64,000 nt of DNA, from NCBI GenBank assembly GCA_002698225.1, contig NZWD01000004.1, positions 20,090 to 84,089 on the forward strand, given 5' to 3'. The notes under the pieces were generated by a model that was not told the origin of the DNA, made no database searches, and was given only the letters and a program-made list of their open reading frames with translations. Of this stretch, positions 59,211 through 64,000 are shown one piece after another. The stretch comes from Methanobacteriota archaeon (GTDB lineage Archaea > Thermoplasmatota > Poseidoniia > Poseidoniales > Thalassarchaeaceae). Position numbers and translations under genes: made by a program. The stretch's first letter is position 1; every line of letters begins with the position of its first letter.

Positions 59211-61697
59211 GTGGGCGGACCTAGTATACCTGACAAGCGATGGTCAGTGGATCTGGAGAAGCGAATTCAACAAGAGCACTATGAGCAAGGATACGGCGCC
59301 AGATATGCTTTCGATTCTAATAGCGAGCGTGAGATTTTCGTCATTGACACTCCTCCCCCTTATCCTAGTGGAACATGGCACATTGGGGCCGTGGCTCAGT
59401 ACAGTATGATTGATGTAATTGCAAGGAGCCAAAGGCTACTAGGCAAGGAAGTAAGATTCCCATGGGGTGTTGATCGTAATGGGATTAATATCGAATTCAC
59501 TGTTGAGAAAAAGTACGGACGCAAAATGAGGACCTATGACAGACTAGAGTTCCTACAATTGTGCGAAGAGACCATCGAGTCTTACACCCAAGCCATGAGA
59601 GAAACAGCCAAGCGAGTTGGCCTTTCTTGCGATTTCGAGAATGAATATCTTACTGACTCTCCAGATTACAGAGGAGTTTCCCAAGCCATCTTTGTGGATT
59701 TATTCAAGCGCGGAGATATCGTTGAGGATCTGCGTCCGAATATTTACGATCCAATTGAAGGGACCACTATTGCAGATGCTGAAGTTCAGAGGGTAACTAG
59801 AGAGACATTGCTTTGCGATGTGCGATGGTCTACTGAGGACGGTGAAGATGTGGTAATATCAACAACTAGGCCAGAGATGATTTGTGCTTGCGGAGTAGTC
59901 GTTGTACATCCTGACGATGAAAGATACGCCAGTTTGGTCGGTAAGAGGATTTCCTTACCAATGCCAGTATCAGGTAGATCAACCGAAGTCGAGATAGTCA
60001 CTCATCCTTCAGTGAAGATGGATTTTGGAAGTGGAGTTCTGATGGTTTGTTCTTATGGTGATCAGAATGATGTTGTAATATTCAGAGAATTGGGCCTGAC
60101 TCCTCATGTGGCAATTGGATTAGACGGATGCATGACAGAGATTTCAGGGCCACTTTCAGGACATTCTGCTGAGGACGCTAGATCGATGGCCATCGAGATA
60201 TTAAGTGATTCTGGAAGGCTGTCCGATGCAAAGAAACACATGCAGGAGGTCCCAGTGAGTGAGAGAGGAGGGAATCCTGTTGAAATCATATTGCTCAAGG
60301 AATGGTATGTTCGCCAGACTCACATCCTAGACAGACTAGCCGAGCTTTCTAACAGGTCCACATTTATACCTGAGAGGAACAGACAGTATCTCCACGATTG
60401 GATGGATGGCATTTCTATCGATTGGCCCATCAGCAGACGCAGATGGTATCACACAGAAGTCCCTATCTGGTATTCTGAAGACGAATCCAAGGTCGTGGTG
60501 CCTCCGCATGGCGTGTATGTCCAGCCCTGGAAGGACGACCCCCCTGCGGAATCAGATGTTTTAGACAGAGAATCAAAGCAGAGACTAGGCTCATACATTG
60601 AACTATCAGATACATTGGGCGAACTCATTGGAGAGGAGAAGGTATTTGATACTTGGATGGACTCTTCCAACTCGAACCTCTTCGTTTCAGGATACATCAG
60701 TGACCCCGAACTATTCGAGCGCGCCTTCCCAACAGCAATTCGGCCACAGGGCAAGGAGATAGTCAGGACATGGCTATATTATACTCTCCTGAAGAGCGCA
60801 TTACTCCTCGATGAGAACGCCTTCGATAATATCTGGGTAGACGGTCTCGGAATGGACCCATGGGGGCGAAAGATGTCAAAGTCCCTTGGAAATGGAATCG
60901 ACGCTGATTCTGTTCTCGAATGTGGTGCTTCTGGAAGAACTGGTTCTTGGAAGATTAAGGGCCCGGATGGAAAGCAGGTGCAACTTAGGGCGAACAAGAT
61001 AGGAAGCGAGTGCTTCAGACTTTGGAAGGCATGCGATGCTCAGGTTGGCGATGACTTCCAAATCAATCCACAAGAGATCGAATCGAGATATTTCGGTGTA
61101 CTGACCAAACTATTCAATGTCGCCCGATTCGCAAGTCAGTTCGATATTCCGCAGGATTTCAATAACCCTCCAGAAGACCTCCCAAGGGAGGACATGTGGA
61201 TACTCTCTGAGTTCGATGCCTCGATGCGTAGAGTCGAGACGGCTTGGAGGAGTATTGACATCTATACTGCAGCACAGACGCTCAAAGGGTTTGGAACGGG
61301 CGTATTTCCCAGTCATTGGCTGGAGATGGCCAAGTCCAGGCTCTATGATGGCGATGCCCGAGCGGCATGGACTCTTCACAGGATTGTTCGGGACATACTT
61401 ACAGGATTAACTCCAATCTGCCCTTTCTTCACTCATTATCTCTCAACAGAACTGTATGGTGAGTCTTCAATAGATGTCCGGGAGTTCCCATTGTTGAATG
61501 ATGGTTTGCTCGGAAACGATGCTGAACGTCTCAGAACCCTGACTAACCATATTTCTGACTTCAATTCCTCTGTTTGGAAGGCAAAGAAGAATGCAGGTCT
61601 TTCCTTGAAGTCACCAATTTCAGATTTCGAAATCCCGGCAGAATTAGCAGAATTATCTGATCCCCTCATCAAGATGCATGCCTTGGAATTTAATTGA
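59211..61697 (+). CDS. valS: Valine--tRNA ligase (archaeal type)
   Basis: IDTPPPYPSGTWHIG, DWPISR, DTWMDSS, KMSKS. Confidence 0.93.
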   Translation: MGGPSIPDKRWSVDLEKRIQQEHYEQGYGARYAFDSNSEREIFVIDTPPPYPSGTWHIGAVAQYSMIDVIARSQRLLGKEVRFPWGVDRNGINIEFTVEKKYGRKMRTYDRLEFLQLCEETIESYTQAMRETAKRVGLSCDFENEYLTDSPDYRGVSQAIFVDLFKRGDIVEDLRPNIYDPIEGTTIADAEVQRVTRETLLCDVRWSTEDGEDVVISTTRPEMICACGVVVVHPDDERYASLVGKRISLPMPVSGRSTEVEIVTHPSVKMDFGSGVLMVCSYGDQNDVVIFRELGLTPHVAIGLDGCMTEISGPLSGHSAEDARSMAIEILSDSGRLSDAKKHMQEVPVSERGGNPVEIILLKEWYVRQTHILDRLAELSNRSTFIPERNRQYLHDWMDGISIDWPISRRRWYHTEVPIWYSEDESKVVVPPHGVYVQPWKDDPPAESDVLDRESKQRLGSYIELSDTLGELIGEEKVFDTWMDSSNSNLFVSGYISDPELFERAFPTAIRPQGKEIVRTWLYYTLLKSALLLDENAFDNIWVDGLGMDPWGRKMSKSLGNGIDADSVLECGASGRTGSWKIKGPDGKQVQLRANKIGSECFRLWKACDAQVGDDFQINPQEIESRYFGVLTKLFNVARFASQFDIPQDFNNPPEDLPREDMWILSEFDASMRRVETAWRSIDIYTAAQTLKGFGTGVFPSHWLEMAKSRLYDGDARAAWTLHRIVRDILTGLTPICPFFTHYLSTELYGESSIDVREFPLLNDGLLGNDAERLRTLTNHISDFNSSVWKAKKNAGLSLKSPISDFEIPAELAELSDPLIKMHALEFN

Positions 61698-62664
61698 GTG
61701 CCGAGGCTGGCTTATTGCCGTCAAAATATGTCAACAGGCAATTGACCATCTCTAAACCAACTCTAGATTGCGCCTCCAAAGTTGCGGCACCTATATGTGG
61801 GCTGCCAATGAAACCCTCATGCTGTAGTAGAGGATTTCCGATAGCAGGCTCAATTTCGAATACATCTAGGGCTGCACTAGTCAAGGTTCCTAATTCTAAG
61901 GCTTCTAGCACAGCTTCCTCGTTTACAATGCCACCCCTAGCGCAGTTGACAATGTGGTTGCCACATGGGATTTCATCTGCACCTATGCCCGGCATCATTG
62001 AGATTCTTTCTAGATTCACTAGATGTTTAGTCTCATCAGTGAGATTGCAATGGACAGAGATGTGTGTGCAACTGCTAAACAGTTCATCGACATCATCGTG
62101 CAAGATACATCCCTTCTCTAAGGCTAACTTCTCGGTAACATAAGGGTCGAATGTATGTACTTCCATGCCGAATGTCTGTGCAACTTCTGCGACTCCCTGA
62201 GCAATGCGGCCAAATCCAATTAGTCCAAGTCGCTTACCCCCCAATTCACTACCTTTCAGGTCCTTCTTGACCCATTCGGACCGTCTGAGAGCACGGTCAG
62301 CCTTGGGAATGAATCTGGCACCAGCTAGAAGATGAGCAATCGTCAATTCGACTACACTCTTGGTCGATGCTCCAGGTGTGTTGCAAACAACGACCCCATT
62401 CATAGCGGCGGCTTCCAAGTCGATATTATCCACACCCACCCCTGCTCGGCCGATGAATCCAAATTCACCTCGAGAACAACTGACCTGAATCACATTAGAA
62501 GTCATCTTCGTAGCACTGCGGACGACCACTGCATCGAATCCAGTTAGTACACCATCTAACAATTCTCCAGGGCTGTAATGCTTAACCACTACCTCATGAC
62601 CAGATTCCTCTAACTTGCCGATAGCCTCGGGAGCCATCCCGTCAGTCACAGCAATGCGACCCAT
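61690..62664 (-). CDS. D-2-hydroxyacid dehydrogenase (phosphoglycerate dehydrogenase-like, no ACT domain)
   Basis: RAGVGVDNID, GFGRIA, NCARGG, SPHIGA. Confidence 0.9.
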   Translation of the reverse strand: MGRIAVTDGMAPEAIGKLEESGHEVVVKHYSPGELLDGVLTGFDAVVVRSATKMTSNVIQVSCSRGEFGFIGRAGVGVDNIDLEAAAMNGVVVCNTPGASTKSVVELTIAHLLAGARFIPKADRALRRSEWVKKDLKGSELGGKRLGLIGFGRIAQGVAEVAQTFGMEVHTFDPYVTEKLALEKGCILHDDVDELFSSCTHISVHCNLTDETKHLVNLERISMMPGIGADEIPCGNHIVNCARGGIVNEEAVLEALELGTLTSAALDVFEIEPAIGNPLLQHEGFIGSPHIGAATLEAQSRVGLEMVNCLLTYFDGNKPASALN

Positions 62665-62755
62665 GCCATGTTGACACACTTCAGTTCAATCAACCTTGCT
62701 GACTACAATATAGAATGGTGAGAGATTTGATATCGTGATGCCTACTGGATGTATC

Positions 62756-63349
62756 ATGACTTACGAGTTACCCGACCTGCCTTACGACTACGATGCACTA
62801 GAGCCCCATATTGACGCACTAACTATGGAGATTCACCATTCCAAACATCACAATGCATACACAAACAATCTCAATGCTGCCATCGATGCAAATGGAATCC
62901 CTGACATGCCTATCTCTGACCTTCTCAGAAATCACTCTGACATAGCAGGAATCAGAAATAATGGCGGCGGGTGGTGGAACCACTGCCAGTTTTGGGAGGC
63001 CATGTCACCTGATGGCGGAGGAACCCCTTCCGGAGATCTTGCTACAGCAATAGACGCCGCCTTCGGCTCCTTCGAGGAATTCAAGGCCGTTTTCCAGAAC
63101 GCGGGCATGACTCAATTCGGTAGTGGGTGGGCATGGCTCGGTGTCAAGGATGGCGTATTGTGCGTTTGCTCCAGCCCCAATCAAGATAATCCCTTGATGG
63201 ATGGATGCTGCTCACCCATTCTTGGCCTTGATGTTTGGGAGCATGCTTACTACAAGAAGTACGGGCCCGGTAGAGCCACCTATGTCGAAGCATGGTGGAA
63301 TGTCGTCGATTGGAATGAGATTTCCCGCAGATTATCGGATGCCCTCTGA
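62756..63349 (+). CDS. sod: Fe/Mn superoxide dismutase
   Basis: HHSKHH, NGGGWWNH, FGSGWAW, DVWEHAYY. Confidence 0.96.
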   Translation: MTYELPDLPYDYDALEPHIDALTMEIHHSKHHNAYTNNLNAAIDANGIPDMPISDLLRNHSDIAGIRNNGGGWWNHCQFWEAMSPDGGGTPSGDLATAIDAAFGSFEEFKAVFQNAGMTQFGSGWAWLGVKDGVLCVCSSPNQDNPLMDGCCSPILGLDVWEHAYYKKYGPGRATYVEAWWNVVDWNEISRRLSDAL

Positions 63350-63408
63350 TTGCACTGTCTAATGCTCTCTGACCGTTTTGTTATTGGGGCTGGTGCTGAC
63401 CAGCGTAC

Positions 63409-64000
63409 ATGGCCACAGGCTCTGAGGGTTTACTGACCTCAGTGTTAATCCTCCTAGCTCCATTGTTCTTAGCTATCCCTCTATCTCTAGGATGGAGATG
63501 GTGGATCGGTACTGAGCCCGAACACGAACATTATCGTGAGAAGGTTCGGAGAGTTTTAGATTCGGGCATTCCGCTGAGAAGGTATAGGGCCGAACTTGAT
63601 TCTGAGGCTAGGAGATTCCTTATCGATTCAGAGAGACAGGGGAGAATTGAATCTGATCTGTTGTTCCCTCTTAGAATTCAGCACTTTCTTTTACTTCCAA
63701 TACTAGCAATATGGCCAATAATCGGCTTATTTGCAGCCTTATTCGCTATCCCTCTGATGCCTTTACTAAGATTCCTAGATTGGTTGCTCATCGATAAGAG
63801 AGGGCTATTTCGTTTCGCCAAATTTCTTCAGAGCATCACTAGATGGGAAGTAATTGGCATTCCTAAGTTAGATGACGGGGCAAAGAGGTTAGATCAAGTA
63901 TTAGCTTCTATACATAGGCTACCAATTACGGTATTCCTAGGTGTATTCGCGTACCTTGTTGTTTTGTATCTCCCACTTGATGGCAGAGGTATCGTAGTAG
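63409..64000 (+). CDS. Membrane protein, 3'-truncated by window edge
   Basis: Manual translation: open frame MATGSEGLLTSVLILLAPLFLAIP... to window end with several TMs; absent from ORF track because it has no stop. Confidence 0.75.
   Translation, partial: MATGSEGLLTSVLILLAPLFLAIPLSLGWRWWIGTEPEHEHYREKVRRVLDSGIPLRRYRAELDSEARRFLIDSERQGRIESDLLFPLRIQHFLLLPILAIWPIIGLFAALFAIPLMPLLRFLDWLLIDKRGLFRFAKFLQSITRWEVIGIPKLDDGAKRLDQVLASIHRLPITVFLGVFAYLVVLYLPLDGRGIVV

Noticed and set aside
1-64000. CRISPR array, rRNA, transposase or provirus
   Set aside because: No regularly spaced repeats, rRNA signatures or mobile-element genes recognised

Overview
Gene-dense chromosomal segment of a euryarchaeon, most consistent with Marine Group II (Poseidoniales). 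This is inferred from the fused RpoB, the N-terminally extended RpoA'' and the mix of archaeal informational genes with bacterial-type thyA/folA, plsC, pntAB, class-2 pyrD and Fe/Mn-SOD. It holds the rpoB-A'-A''-rpl30e operon, rps3ae, trpS, valS, psmB-aCPSF1, endA, topA, tRNA-Pro(TGG) and the SRP RNA. I saw no CRISPR array, transposase or provirus. Best candidate for an undescribed system: a ~8.6 kb block (8234-16800) with four divergent paralogues of the archaeal COG1340-type coiled-coil family surrounding a CARDB/zinc-ribbon membrane protein, a DtxR-like regulator with an altered ancillary metal site, and a polytopic membrane protein. Other points of interest: a Cys4 insertion in the RNAP dock domain, an HhH-like module on RpoA'', a TatC fused to an HdrA-N-like Cys domain and apparently coupled to an M6 protease, a Z-DNA-prone tract upstream of topA, an orphan AT-rich PD-(D/E)xK-like gene, and repeated zero-gap convergent gene ends. 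All family assignments come from motif recognition by eye; no database searches were run.
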